Shown: positions 40,596 through 58,715 of the stretch, in pieces
Layout of the letters: every line of letters starts with the position of its first letter
How positions within the stretch are numbered: position 1 is the first letter of the stretch
NCBI RefSeq assembly: GCF_009914755.1
Contig: NC_060932.1
DNA: 64,000 nucleotides
Reading direction: 5' to 3' (one strand)
Source: the human T2T-CHM13v2.0 reference genome, Homo sapiens
Translations under genes and position numbers: made by a program
Notes under the pieces: generated by a model
Databases searched by the model: none
The model's input: only the letters and a program-made list of their open reading frames with translations
Told to the model about the DNA's origin: nothing

Positions 40596-43500
40596 TTTGC
40601 AAAGATAGGAACAAGGACTGAGTAGAAAGTATCTCCTTATGCTGGAACATCCTGTTTATAGGAGAAAAACTAACCTGGATATATTCTAGGATCTATGTGT
40701 TTCCTTAAAGTCTTAGTTTGATTAGTCACATTTAGCACGAGTGACTTCATTTTGGTTTAATTTTGTCTGTTGGTGCGTAGGGAATGAGCTCAGTCCAAAA
40801 CAAGGGCCTCCTATAATTTTGTTTTTAAAAAAAATTCCCCCTTTTTGGTCAGGTTCTCACTTAGGTGAGAGTGTGAACAAAACTTAGGGCCTTAACGCAA
40901 TTCCCAGTTACAATCACTTTGGGTTTCTGACCTCAACATGTCATTCACAGGTTACAGTGTCTTCATGGTCATACATTTATTTCAGCTCTTGCTATTCCAG
41001 TGGAAGAGAGAACATTTGAAATTCTAGAGATAGCTGTATGCAAACATTTAAAACCTTTGAGAGAATATAGTGCACCAGGAAGACTATTTTTATGACTATC
41101 AGGTAGATAATACCAAGAGTTTGGAGTATGCTCCTTACCCGGGGTCCCCATAAACCGAGCAACCTAAAATCAAATATATCAAAGAATGGGCTAAAGAGTC
41201 TAGTCACTTCAATAAGCAGTCTCTTTGTTAATCCCCTGCAACTGAATCTCTATAATACCTAATGTTTTCTCCATAGGCCATAAGTGCCAGCAGCTCCACA
41301 GATACTTTTCTGTTCAGCCAGTTCTATTATTTAACATAACTTTCACAAGAGAATTTAAAGTCTGTTGTGTAACCATAGCCTTTACAGTAGAATCTTCTAT
41401 AGAGCATATCATGAGGGATACATTTCTAACCATTGCCCCTTTTATTCCAAACCATGGAAAAAGGACCTAACAAATGAGGCCCTTCTAGAAGACTGAAGGC
41501 CTCCTGGCAATGTTTTCTTTAACCTATGATGTGGGTTAAAAGGAGTGAATCAATGTTCTGTTTTTGACTGATTATGAGGCAACATATGTACCATTAAAGT
41601 TTCTCACTTACACTGGACCTTTATTTTTTATCTATTAAAGTATAAGTTTATCCATGTATAAGGCTGGGTGCAAAATCATTCACACATAAAATTATACCCC
41701 ATAAGTGCACAAAACAAACCCCCTTTTCATTTCATTCTATTGTTCATAGAGTCATAAACAAGGAAAATATTCTAAGATAAGAGTCTCATAACAGTAGAGA
41801 ATTCATGTTCTTGGGAAAAGCTGTTCACATCAAGGATGCCATCTTCTTCTGGGGAGAAACTTTCCTGGTTAGCTTTACCTTAAGGTTTCCAATGGGTGTA
41901 CTGTTCCAAAATTGTAGAGGGATCCTTCTTGGTTGTGAGATTGTGAACCCAAAGTTCAAGGTCCCAAAGTTTTGCTGTAGTATGGATGGCAAGGACAGTC
42001 TTTCTCTGATGTTCTCAGAAGATCCAATCTTCAGGTTCTAAATTATGAAAGGGTTGATTTTCCCAGTCAGAGAACCATAAAGAGCTTTCTTGATGTGGTG
42101 AAAATACACTGTAGCATAATAATCTACTGTTATAACATTAGCCCTCTTGCATGGGAAAGCTTTTATACAACCAGAAAACAAGCAATGAAAATGATAATTG
42201 AATGAAATTCCTTTATAAATGTTTAAATGGCCCCATCAAGTAGCCAAATGTACCTGAAGCTTTGATTGTTTTCCTAGGAATATGGGTTTGACAAACCAAA
42301 CATGGATTATAAACTATTTTAGTAATCAATAAGATACCACACTGATATATTTAATTTAGATCATTTTATCTTTTCCATGATGAGTCATGGAATGCAGAAC
42401 TTTTAATAACAAAAGCTTTAAGGACTCAGGAAGGACAAGATGGTCATTCTAGTTTTCCAAGTGTCCATGCTTAATTAACATTAGGCTTATATCCTCTTAA
42501 ATACCAGTTTTTTTCTCCAAATTAAGTGCATAGCATTGATAACTGATGGGTTTGCATGCGTAATTTGACTTAGACCATGGAGTTCATTCAAATCGTATAT
42601 ATAAACAATTTCAGTACTGGCTGATTTAGCATGCAAATCTGGCAAAGTATTTCCTTTATATTCAATTTTTTTTTCTACTTGGCTTAGCAGTTTTATAACT
42701 CAGTCAGTTTTTTTCATTAAAGTTCCAGGAATTCTTATCCAGTTCAATTCTTGGGGAATTGGGGAATTCATGGGGAATTCTTACCCATGATGTGATTTTA
42801 ATGTTATTAGAAACCTGTATTCAAGAGTGCTTTTCAGGGTCCTTTCCATCCTTTCATGAACCTCCTCAAAGACACCATATTCTAGGATTTTGTGTACTTG
42901 TGAAGCTTCATGCATCAGCATGAAGCAATTAACTGTGGAAATGACTTTAAACAGTTATACTTAAAAACACAATTGACAAGGAGATTTGGTTATTTCTGTG
43001 GTCTACAATAACTTAACATAATAACCATAATTATGATTGATAGCATATACTCAGGCATATTAGAATTTTAGAAACTCAATACAATTTTGGAACATATTGA
43101 TGACATACACAAAAATATAACCTGAAGAGGGTTAAATATTAATCTTTTTTCTTTTTTTTTTTTTTTTTTTACAATGATTCCCATGTAACTAAACATGTCA
43201 AATAATCCTGTTTACCTCTCTGTTAGAGGCTTTGGAGCCCTCTATGGCATTGCAAAATTAGAGGTCAGAAAAGACAGTTTTAAAGCTGAAATTTGATTTT
43301 GGGAAGACTATCAAACATGTTAAAGGTTTAAACACTTGATATGAAATAGAATTCCAGGTTACCGTAAGTCATTCATTTAGCTGAAATAATGAATCAAAAG
43401 TTTTAAAAAGGCAAAACCTTTTACTGATTAACAGAGGGAACACTTAGATTTCCAAACAATCTGTCTTTTGGCATTTCCTTCTTTTATCAGTAGTTTATTC

Positions 43501-45107
43501 AAAAGGCAAACAAAATCTTTCATTATCTTTTAATATTACATGAAAATCTTGTTCAACAGAGAAAGACAAATTTCATCCTTGCATTAGTGTACTATTACTG
43601 TCAATAACAATTTTTATTAAAACATTAGAGACAAATCTATCCAATTTTAATCAGTTTGATCATAAGGTGAGATTTTCATAAACATTTTATAACCCTTTAC
43701 CATTTTTGTGAAAGAGCATATTAGTGCTCTAAAAAAACCTCTTGTGACTTTATTCCAATGCTCAATTTATAGAAAAACTTAAAAATATCCTTTTAACTTT
43801 TGCCAGTGTCCACATAGAACTTCTTTTTACAAGATTAATGTTTTTACAAACTTTCCACAACTTGTTTAAACCTTTAGCTTTATATTATTCAATTTAAAAC
43901 AATCCTATCAACCTTATTCAGTTTTAAACAATCCCTCTAGACTAGGCAAAATTTACATTCACATGCCTTCTTATAATCATTTACTAACACATTTTACTTT
44001 TCTTACACACCTTGCATGTAATACAGCTTTTTATTTCAGCAATCTTCATTATGTGTGATAATAGTAACTCTTAGCAATTTTTAATGTTGGTGAAAAATCT
44101 GGTAAGTTATTTTAATTACATACCAGGTGGAGTTAAGGTCTGACTCTTTCCAGCATAGCTAGGGGCATGGCTAACTTCACATGTCCCCAGGCCTTACAAA
44201 GCTGCAAAACAGGCAAGTTGAACAATTTTCAAAAGCCAAAGAAGCAGTCTATGACCTTAAAGCATTTAGCAAGACTAATATCTGACCTGCCTAATTTAGA
44301 CCAAATGTCTTTATTTTACCAATAATCTTAAAGCTGTTTATATTTCCCAAAGATTGCTAAAGTTACATAAACTAAAATAGGTTATAGTTTTTATTTTTCT
44401 TTTAAAATATTTGATTTAAGTGCTTATTTTCTCCTTAAGCCAATTAGAGTTCTTTTTTATATAAACATCACACACACAACACATATATAACTACTCAGAC
44501 AGACAGAAGATCCAGCAGTGGTAGCATGTTTCATTTACCAGTTTCTGAATTGGATTACTGGTCTCAAGGTGGAGCCCTTCAAGAAACAGGGCTAGAAAAA
44601 CATGCAGTTTCTAGGGCCTAATAAGCAGGCACAGGTGGAAGACAAAAAAAGTTCCCCAAAATTAAGGGTCCCATTTTTATACCAGATCTTAGATCCCGAA
44701 AAGGAGGAAAATGCTATGGCAGAAGACAGTGCAATGTTTTTACTATGCATTTTATTGCATGGCAACCCTAAATCAATTAGCCCATTTTGCAATTAGCCCA
44801 TCCTTCATGGGAGCCTTATTTCTTAGTCGGGGGGTGGGGATGTTGACGTTGTCATACCTTCCAGTTGGCCAAGACCATATTTCTCTTATTCAAATGTGCC
44901 AAGAGCCTCCTATCACCCCATAACTGCCATTAACATTGCTAAAAGTATATCTAGTCTTAACATCTTCAGAGTGTTCTACCCACCTCCCATTTCTGGGATT
45001 TCAGGAGGAAAACAGAGATTTTTCCCAAAATGAGTTCTGTGCTGCCTCCTCTGTTTTTCCCAAGGAGTCCCATGCTGTTAGAACTTGACTATCTGTTTTT
45101 AATTAAG

Positions 45108-45401
<294 letters not shown>

Positions 45402-45647
45402 CCAATTAAGCTGACTTTTAACCATAGTATTCTTTTAAAAATTCTTTTCAAGCCCAGTTTGGATCAGAAATTTGCTCAAAGAAACTCAGAGAGCTCAAAA
45501 CACAAATCTGTGGAGCTCTGAAATGGGAGAGAGAATTTACCCAGAATTCCCAGTCACTCTGAGAGATCAAGGGACACAAATGGGTCCTTGCAGATACCTT
45601 GCTTGTTCTCTCAGTGCTCCTGGAGGTCGTTAAAAGCTCTACTTCAG

Positions 45648-45665
45648 ACCCTGCTTCTGACACCA
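45648..45665 (-). promoter_or_regulatory. Retroviral primer-binding site, tRNA-Leu type
   Basis: Minus strand 'tggtgtcagaagcagggt', 2 nt after the LTR-terminal CA; similar to the complement of the tRNA-Leu 3' end (TGGTGTCAGAAGTGGGAT). Confidence 0.75.
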
Positions 45666-45667
45666 TC

Positions 45668-45775
45668 TGTTTAAAGAAAAACTTCAGGTGAATTAAGTTT
45701 TAAGGAGTTTGAGCAATGAATGTTTCACGAATTGGGCAGCCCCCAGAATCAGAGCAGATTCAGGGAAACTCCCTA
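45668..45775 (-). mobile_element. 3' (U5) part of a 5' LTR, MER51-like, truncated
   Basis: 'tgtttaaagaaaaacttcaggtgaattaag...gagcaatgaatgtttcacgaattgggcagcccccagaatc'. Confidence 0.65.
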
Positions 45776-46459
45776 CATATATACTTTTTGTTAATGATAT
45801 TTGGTATTTTCTCTATTTCAAGAGGTAGTTGTATTACTAGTAAAACTGAATATGAGCTAATATGCATTTCATTTCAACAATGATATAGAATTGAGACAAG
45901 CTTGTTATTATGTGTTACCATGAAAAGTTGTGATCATCAGTGTATGGTGTAGAAATATTTAGATCCTCCTTTTTCCTCTTCTTTTATTTTTCGTCTTCTT
46001 TTTTGCAGTAAAATTTAGAAAGCACTCACGCAATAATTATTGGTGCCAAAACTGCTCTAAAATTTAGATATTGGCCCATCAAATATTTACATAACTGTCT
46101 CTGTTTTCTCTGTTTTTCCCTGCCAATATTGTCATTCTAGCTTTTTTTAAAATATATGTTGCAAACAAAGTAGGTCCATTACAGGTGGATGGAGCATCCA
46201 ATTGGGGTTGGAAGCACCACCTGACCTGTACTCTTATCTTTCAATGTGACTGCTGCTGTTTGGTTGTGGGTTTCTTTACCAACTTTGTAATTTTGAGTTT
46301 ATATAAACTGGAAGTGAGCAGCTATTATGCACTGTGAATCTTTTAATCAATGTTCAATCTATATCCAAATGATATGGAGTCAGTATCATACAGCTTATAC
46401 CATATGTACCCTACACAATACAATCCCTAAGTTTCTCTAGCTATCATTCTGTGTACAAT

Positions 46460-46615
46460 GTGTGTGTATGTTTATGTTTGCTGTTTGTCTTTTCAGCAAG
46501 AATGTACAATCCACTGGGCAGGAAATTTGTCTGCTTTTATTCCTTGTTATGTACGTAGTACATAGAACACTGCCTGACACTGAATAGACGACCAACAAAT
46601 ACTTGTTGAATAAGT
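46460..46615 (+). mobile_element. L2 3' end
   Basis: 'tagaacactgcctgacactgaatagacgaccaacaaatacttgttgaataa'. Confidence 0.65.
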
Positions 46616-47152
46616 TGTGTTGTTTCAATGTTTCAAATACTTTGAAAAAAAGTATAATAAGAACCACAGCTAAGGTTTGGCAATTCAACATGATATGCTG
46701 GAGGCAAAATGTTAGTAAGAACCATTTTGTTTATAACAGAATTTACCTTGAAATTGCTTGATGTTTAAAATTCTAATTTTAAGGGTAGGCTCCACCTCTG
46801 GGGGCAGGGCACAGACAAACAAAAAGACAGCAGTAACCTCTGCAGACTTAAATGTCCCTGTCTGACAGCCTTGAAGAGAGCAGTGGTTCTCCCAGCACGC
46901 AGCTGGAGATCTGAGAACGGGCAGACTGCCTCCTCAAGTGGGTCCCTGACCCCTAACCCCCGAGCAGCCTAACTGGGAGGCACCCCCCAGCAGGGGCACA
47001 CTGACACCTCACACGGCAGGGTATTCCAACAGACCTGCAGCTGAGGGTCCTGTCTGTTAGAAGGAAAACTAACAAACAGAAAGGTCATCCACACCGAAAA
47101 CCCATCTATACATCACCATCATCAAAGACCAAAAGTAGATAAAACCACAAAG

Positions 47153-48169
47153 ATGGGGAAAAAACAGAACAGAAAAACTGGAAACTCTAAAACGCAGAGC
47201 GCCTCTCCTCCTCCAAAGGAACGCAGTTCCTCACCAGCAACGGAACAAAGCTGGATGGAGAATGATTTTGACGAGCTGAGAGAAGAAGGCTTCAGACGAT
47301 CAAATTACTCTGAGCTACGGGAGGACATTCAAACCAAAGGCAAAGAAGTTGAAAACTTTGAAAAAAATCTAGAAGAATGTATAACTAGAATAACCAATAC
47401 AGAGAAGTGCTTAAAGGAGCTGATGGAGCTGAAAACCAAGGCTCGAGGACTACGTGAAGAATGCAGAAGCCTCAGGAGCCGATGCGATCAACTGGAAGAA
47501 AGGGTATCAGCAATGGAAGATGAAATGAATGTAATGAAGCTAGAAGGGAAGTTTAGAGAAAAAAGAATAAAAAGAAATAAGCAAAGCCTCCAAGAAATAT
47601 GGGACTATGTGAAAAGACCAAATCTACGTCTGATTGGTGTACCTGAAAGTGATGCGGAGAATGGAACCAAATTGGAAAACACTCTGCAGGATATTATCCA
47701 GGAGAACTTCCCCAATCTAGCAAGGCAGGCCAACGTTCAGATTCAGGAAATCCAGAGAACGCCACAAAGATACTCCTCGAGAAGAGCAACTCCAAGACAC
47801 ATAATTGTCAGATTCACCAAAGTTGAAATGAAGGAAAAAATGTTCAGGGCAGCCAGAGAGAAAGGTCGGGTTACCCTCAAAGGGAAGCCCATCAGACTAA
47901 CAGCAGATCTCTCGGCAGAAACCCTACAAGCCAGAAGAGAGTGGGGGCCAATATTCAACATTCTTAAAGAAAAGAATTTTCAACCCAGAATTTCATATCC
48001 AGCCAAACTAAGCTTCATAAGTGAAGGAGAAATAAAATACTTTACAGACAAGCAAATGCTGAGAGATTTTGTCACCACCAGTCCTGCCCTAAAAGAGCTC
48101 CTGAAGGAAGCACTAAACATGGAAAGGAACAACCGGTACCAGCCGCTGCAAAATCATGCCAAAATGTAA
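47153..48169 (+). CDS. L1-ORF1: LINE-1 ORF1p (RNA-binding chaperone), full-length 338 aa open frame
   Basis: MGKKQNRKTGNSKTQSASPPPKERSSSP...REKG...ARR...YPAKLS...NHAKM. Confidence 0.95.
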   Translation: MGKKQNRKTGNSKTQSASPPPKERSSSPATEQSWMENDFDELREEGFRRSNYSELREDIQTKGKEVENFEKNLEECITRITNTEKCLKELMELKTKARGLREECRSLRSRCDQLEERVSAMEDEMNVMKLEGKFREKRIKRNKQSLQEIWDYVKRPNLRLIGVPESDAENGTKLENTLQDIIQENFPNLARQANVQIQEIQRTPQRYSSRRATPRHIIVRFTKVEMKEKMFRAAREKGRVTLKGKPIRLTADLSAETLQARREWGPIFNILKEKNFQPRISYPAKLSFISEGEIKYFTDKQMLRDFVTTSPALKELLKEALNMERNNRYQPLQNHAKM

Positions 48170-48232
48170 AGACCATCGAGACTAGGAAGAAACTGCATCA
48201 ACTAATGAGCAAAATCACCAGCTAACATCATA

Positions 48233-52048
<3,816 letters not shown>

Positions 52049-54799
52049 ACAATGAGATCACATGGACACAGGAAGGGGAATATCACACTCTGGGGACTGT
52101 GGTGGGGAGGTGGGAGAGGGGAGGGATAGCATTGGGAGATATACCTAATGCTAGATGAAGAGTTAGTGGGTGCAGCGCACCAGCATGGCACATGTATACA
52201 TATGTAACTAACCTGCACAATATGCACATGTACCCTAAAACTTAAAGTATAATTAAAAAAAATAAACAAATAAATAAATTAATAAATAAATAAAAAGAAA
52301 AATAAAACCAGCTCTTCCTCTAAAAAAAAAAATAAAATAAAATAAAATAAAATTCTAATTTTAAGTATAGTAGAACAATAATAACTCTAGGATATTAAAT
52401 GACAGCACACCTTTAGCCAGAAGTTATTTTTTACTAGATCATTTAATTAAGTGAAGTTTATGAAAATTATAGGCATGAAATATATTCGTTGTGCTATCTT
52501 CTTCACTTAAAGTCCTGAAGCATGAGACGATGGTGTCCACTACTTAACTAGTGGAAGAAAATGACTGGGAAAAAAATAGATAATATGACATTCTTCCCTT
52601 CTTAACATTCCTTTCACAACTCTGTGGTTGTTGTCTATTCTTATCAATTACCTATGGCACAATATGTTGATTTCCCTTAGCTCCATTCAAACTTTAGGCT
52701 TTAAAAAAATTAATATAATAGTTGCTGTGGTTGTGTTGGTCTCTCTCTCTCTCTGTGTCTCTCTCTCTCGTTTATTAAAAAACTTATTCTTTGCCAGGAA
52801 TAAGGAAGCTGAGGCTGAATAATTGTCAACATAATCTAAATTAAAGCCACAGGTCTGTGCTTTCCAAGACCCAATGTGCAAATGTGATTTTCTAATAATA
52901 TGTATTCACTGTGAAGGAAGTAAGTTGGTTTTATATATTTTTTAATTTTTTGATAATGATTTTATTTTAAGAACTGTTTAGGTAAGTTCTTAATTGGTTT
53001 ATTCAGTATCACTTATGCCAGAACCAAGCATAAGGAAACAATACCACTTTTAACACACTGATAAAATTAAAATATTTTCACACTCATACATAGAATATTA
53101 CAAAGTAAAATAAACAAATGTGAGGTAATATCTTGCTCATGAGAAGTTTTGACACTGAGACTTATGTGTTTTGACATTACCTAAACAATGATAAACAACT
53201 TATCCTGATTCTGAACCCATCAAAATGACCACAGATGACAGTCAGAATATAAAGTTGTGGACACTACTTAAGAAAACCAGTCAATAGTATGAAACCATAC
53301 AGAACAGTTTCTTCCTAATAGGTATTATGTTGGAAAATTTAGTTTTTAACATATGTTTTTATCTTTAAAAATGATTGAGATAGTAAGGAATCTTAGCAAG
53401 TAGCAGGAGGAATGCAGCCACTGTGTTCACATCTTCCTCAGAGAAAAGCCTTGGAGACTGATTTTTTACTCACCTGCTTACTACAGAGAAGCCATATGTG
53501 GACACTCGCACCTCTCGGTGACTTTATTTAGCCTAACAAATTAATTCAGGGACAATCACTTCAAGTAATAAGATATAGCTGAAAAATATAGGAGACAAGC
53601 ATTGATTTCTTCCATTCTGAGCTATGAAGTTGATTCTAGACAGGTTCAAAATCAGAAAACATTTCGCCATGAGGCAATTTCAGTGATATATTGTTCCCCC
53701 CAGTTAAAGGAAGCACCAGGTAGGCCATGTCCAGGCTTACTGTACTGAGACTTCCTGTATTCCTGGCGATTCAGTAAGAAAGACAATATTGAGTTAAGTA
53801 TCTGTGTTGCAGCAAAGATTTTCTTATACAGTAATAGGGTGAAGTATTGAAATGTTTACCTTCATCTCCAATTATTAATAGTTAAATTGTAAATAGTACT
53901 GAGCAAGTCAAGATCACAGCTATATGAGAAAAAACAGCAGCATAAAGAGATAGTTGGTGTGGGTGGGAGATTAATATTTAAAAATAAATCTCTAGTTAGT
54001 AGACAAATATCCAAGCAGACGAGGTAGCCATGAATCCATAAAGGGAAATGGAAAAAGAACTTTCAGAGAAAGAGTAAAAGCTATTAAAGTTAAGAAATGT
54101 ATGCAGTTGTCAAAATAAAATTTAGTACAAATTTTTTAATACACTTAAATTATAATATGCATATTTAAAAAGATCAAGAATCAAAGAACATGAGAAAAAT
54201 CACTTGTAGAAATACATCCAAATGTCCATGTCTCTATTTATAATGATATACAAAATGTGAAATTCTACCATTCCTTTCTCAACTACCTTTTCCCTATTCA
54301 TGCCATTTCTTGTCTGCTCTTTCATATTTGTTTTCTTAGTGGTCTGCTTATTTTAGACTGGTGTTTACACAATTCTATTATCATACAAAACTGGAATAAT
54401 CTTTTGGACTCATATTGTTTTCGCATTACTCCTAGTTGACCCATTGCAACACATCCCTATTGTGCATATAATAGAGTCTGTCAAATCTTTCAACCTTAAT
54501 TATTGTAATTCATGCTCAGTTCATGTTCCTCTCATTTAGTTCTTCAAACATACCAAGTCATTTTCTACCCTGTTGCCTTGGTATAAGATGCACATTATGT
54601 ATGTGTCTCTTCATACGACTGGTTCTTTTTCGCCTTTCATTTCCTCCTCAGAAATAGCTTCCCCAAATTTCAGTATAAGTAGATGCTATTTTGCTATTCT
54701 TTTTCACAATGTTCTTTCATTTTTGATGGGAATAAAAATGATAGAGTCAAATTGGAAAATTATTTCATAGTTTCATATAAAATTAAAATATGCTTAACT

Positions 54800-55310
54800 A
54801 GTGAGTTGGTAATTTCACTCAAGAGATGAATATGTACCCAAGAGATGACAACATGTGTTCACATGAAAATATATGCACGGCACTATTCATTGTAGCCAAA
54901 AATAATGAACAATTTAAATTCCCATTAGCTGGAGAGTATATGAAAAATTTTGATATCTTCACACAATGGTATACTAATCGACAGTAAAAAATTTGACCTA
55001 TTGATTCATGCAATGACATGTATAAATCTCGAAAACACACTGCTTAGCTTGACACAATAAAAAATGTATATTCTATGAATCTCTTTATATGAAATTCCAG
55101 AAAAGGAAGATCTAACTTATAGTGATAGACATCAGAATAGCAGTTTTTATGGGGGTTGGTTTTAATATAATGGCACAGAAATAAACTTTCTGGGGTAATG
55201 AAAATTTATCATATTTTTATATAAGTCTTGGTTACACCATTCATTATATAATACATGGTACAAATACATTAAATTATATACTTCAGACCTGTTTATTTCA
55301 CTATATTTAA
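54800..55310 (+). mobile_element. L1ME-type 3' end
   Basis: 'cactattcattgtagccaaaa', 'cacacaatggtatacta', 'aaactttctggggtaatgaaaa'. Confidence 0.65.
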
Positions 55311-57707
55311 ATTTTATTTTAATAATAATAATAAAATAATAAAAATGATTTGTCCTGCTGTTTTTCTATATGTCCTTTGTATGCTTCTATTTGTATTGTT
55401 AAAGTTACTTGGACTTAGCATGGTTTTTAACCACAGCAACAACCACAGATGTGCTGTCAACATTTTCTTGGCCATTTTTTTCTTTTGATTTTTTTTCTCT
55501 TTTATTCTACATAGTTTCTGTTTGATATTTATGAAATACAAAATATATTTCTAATTAATATATGATAGGACTGGATGTTGGCACTTCAGATTTTTTACTA
55601 TCAATTTTGTGATTTTCCCCAACTTTGCTCTACTTATCATTTTATCACATATATTAGTTCTCCTTATCAATATATTGTTTGGATTCTGTATGTTTTTGAA
55701 ACATCTGTAAATGGTATAATACCGTGTTTTTACTGATATATTTAACTTGGAATGGTTAGAATAAGTGTAATGCCCTTATATGTCATGAAATGTTCCAGGT
55801 TCATGGCGTTGGATTTTCTTCTTTCAAAGGCCTGCTGGCTCCAGTGATTCCATATTCTAGTTATACTGTGTCCCTCTTCATGAGTCCACATGCATTTGTG
55901 TGTTTGAACAAAGCAGTTTCCTTTTGAAAGAGAAAACATACTATTTCATATACACACTTGAATTACAGAGATTTAATTAGGATATCAGTCTGGCATTTTT
56001 GGAATAATCATACCTAGATTTTTCACACACTTTCTGACTGAAGATCATATATTTCTTGATTTAAGTCACTCTTCTTATTGTCCTATTTTAGTTTTGACTT
56101 CCCTTTGTATCATTAAGTGAAATAATTTTTCTTAAACGAGGCTGAAAAGCTAATGCTCTGCCTTCTCTAGAGTATATTCACTGACCCTAATTTACTAATC
56201 TTACTCAATCTTTATATATATTCCTGTACGATCACATTAAAAACCAATCCCCATATGTGTGTGTGTGTGTGTGTAATATGTGTATATGATATTTAAGATA
56301 CAAATATTCTTTTTGCTGTATAATACCCAGTGAATTGACTTATTTTTATGGCATGTATTATTATATTTTAGCATCCCTATATGCATAGGAAGATATTTAA
56401 TTATGTACATCTGGCATATGTGTATATATTTACTCATACTTAACAACCGTGTTTCTCTATTTCCATACTTTAAACCAGAGGCTATGTTTCATGACTTTAA
56501 GTTTCATTCTAGCAAACATTAATAATTTTATAATTTTATTTGGAAACATAAAAAAATTGCCATATGACACTTTAGATATTAAGGTAAAATACATATATGT
56601 CAGGTTTGCTTTATGAATTAAATAACTCTAAGGAAGTCATTGAGATGGAGACATTAGGAAGGGCTCAAACAACTCTCTTAGCCTCTATGATGCAAACAAA
56701 AGAGGTAGTAATGAGGTCCCTAGTTTTAGGGAGATTGCACGCAGAGTTTTGTGTTTTGGTGTGTGTGTGTTGGTTGTTGTTGTTATTTGCTATTATTTTG
56801 TTTTTCTTTTCAAATATCTTTACCAAAGTAATAATTTGGAAATAAACATAATTTTAAAAGAGGTTCTATTACATATACTCGGTTTTTAACACATATTATT
56901 CTCTTTTCCATTGAACCATATTTGAAAAATTCAAGTCATGTTTGCATATATATTTGATATTCCTGATTCAATTCTGTTTCATTTCCATCATTTCAAATCA
57001 TTTATTCTAAATTCTCATGAGGCGCTTATAAAAATTAAAGAACTTAAATCTTTTATGATTCTATTTAAAATATTATTAACATTCACAGACAATTTTTAGA
57101 TTGATTTAATAACCTTAGACATAGGTAAAACTAAGGTTTAAAATATTTTTATGTGACTATAAGGAATATAAGGAAAAGGTGAATTAGTAAAGTGCTCATG
57201 CCATCTTAATATAAAATGTACTAATTAACATTGATCCTTATGGAAATGTTGCTAGTGGTCTAACATAATACAAATAAATAAAATATGAAAATATAATTGA
57301 TGTTTACAAACAGACTTCTAGAAAATCCTCAATGGCACATGCAGGAGAAATTTCACAACAATCTAATTTGTAATGCAGTTTTACTACATTTCAACACACA
57401 TCTGTTCTCTCCTCTACTACAATAAAAACAAACAAACAAACAAACATATTTGACTTCTATTCAAAACCAGATTATTTTTTTACAATGGCTTCCAGACAAA
57501 CATTACATTCCTATCTAGCATAGAACTCAATATACATTTCCTAACTGAAATTTAGGCAGTTGCTTCTATTCTCTCTTCCTGTTGTTACTTAGAAAATATA
57601 TACTTCTGGTCCTAGAAATTTAGCCCCACTGGTTACCTTCAGAATATCTTTATCCTTTATTTTCCATTATTTATTATATCATTCCTTATTAAATTTTCAA
57701 TATTGCT

Positions 57708-58122
57708 TGATATAGTTTGGATATGGGTCCCCACCTAAACCTCATGTTGAACTCTAATCTCCAATATTGGAGGTGGAGCCTCATGGGGGGGTTTTGAATC
57801 ATGGGGTGGGTTTCTCATAAATGGTTTAGTACCATCCCCTTAATGCTGACCTCGCGATACTGAGTGACTTCTCATGAAACCTGGCTGTTTAAAAGTGTGT
57901 GACAACTCACTCTCTCTCTTGCTTCTGTTCCCACCAGGTGAGATGGCTGCTCCCCCTTCACGTTCCACTATGATCGTCAGCTTCCTGAGCCTCCACAGAA
58001 GCAAATACTTGTGTTATACTTCCTGTACAGCCTGCAGAACCTGAGCCAATTCAACCTCCTTTTAAAATAAATTATCCAGTCTTGGGTATTTCTTTATAGC
58101 AATGTAAGAACAGCCTAATACA
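57708..58122 (+). mobile_element. MSTA/MSTB (MaLR) solo LTR
   Basis: 'tgatatagtttggatatgggtccccacctaaacctcatgttg...tatttctttatagcaatgtaagaacagcctaataca'; TG...CA ends. Confidence 0.9.
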
Positions 58123-58599
58123 GTACTATAAATTGTAAACAACAAACAACAAAAATGATTTTTATTTCAATTTGCATGTCCATAGCTCCTTTCATAACCA
58201 CACTCCAGTCCCTGTCATAATTAACATATAACTAAGCTCACTCATATATAGACACATACATATATTTATATACACATACAGAAATACATTTTAATTTTAA
58301 TATACTTAGATTATTATCTCTTTAATGGAAAAGGAAACTCCTAATACCCATATTCAGATGAATTCCATAAATCTAGAATCTTTCTTTGTTTATGATGCAT
58401 ACATTGTCTTTTTCAATAGTGAACACTATTAAGGCACTAATGTTCTAATAGGAAGACGATTTCTACACAAATTATTGTAAGAACATTTTTCTGGGGGTGG
58501 ACTAAATTCTTATGATACCTCTTTTTAAAAAAGTACTCTAATTTGTTAGCTAATTATAAAACCCTGGTTTAGTTTTCTTTTTTAGAATATTGACAATAT

Positions 58600-58715
58600 A
58601 ATGCAAAATGATATTTACTGCATAGTTTATTGTGAAAAGTAAATTCAGTAATATATGTAAGGCATCTAGAAGTGCCTGGATTATATAGTAAGCAAATAAT
58701 AAATGATAATTTCAT
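58600..58715 (+). mobile_element. MIR fragment
   Basis: 'attgtgaaaagtaaattcagtaatatatgtaaggcatctagaagtgcctgg...atagtaagc...aataaatg'. Confidence 0.55.
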
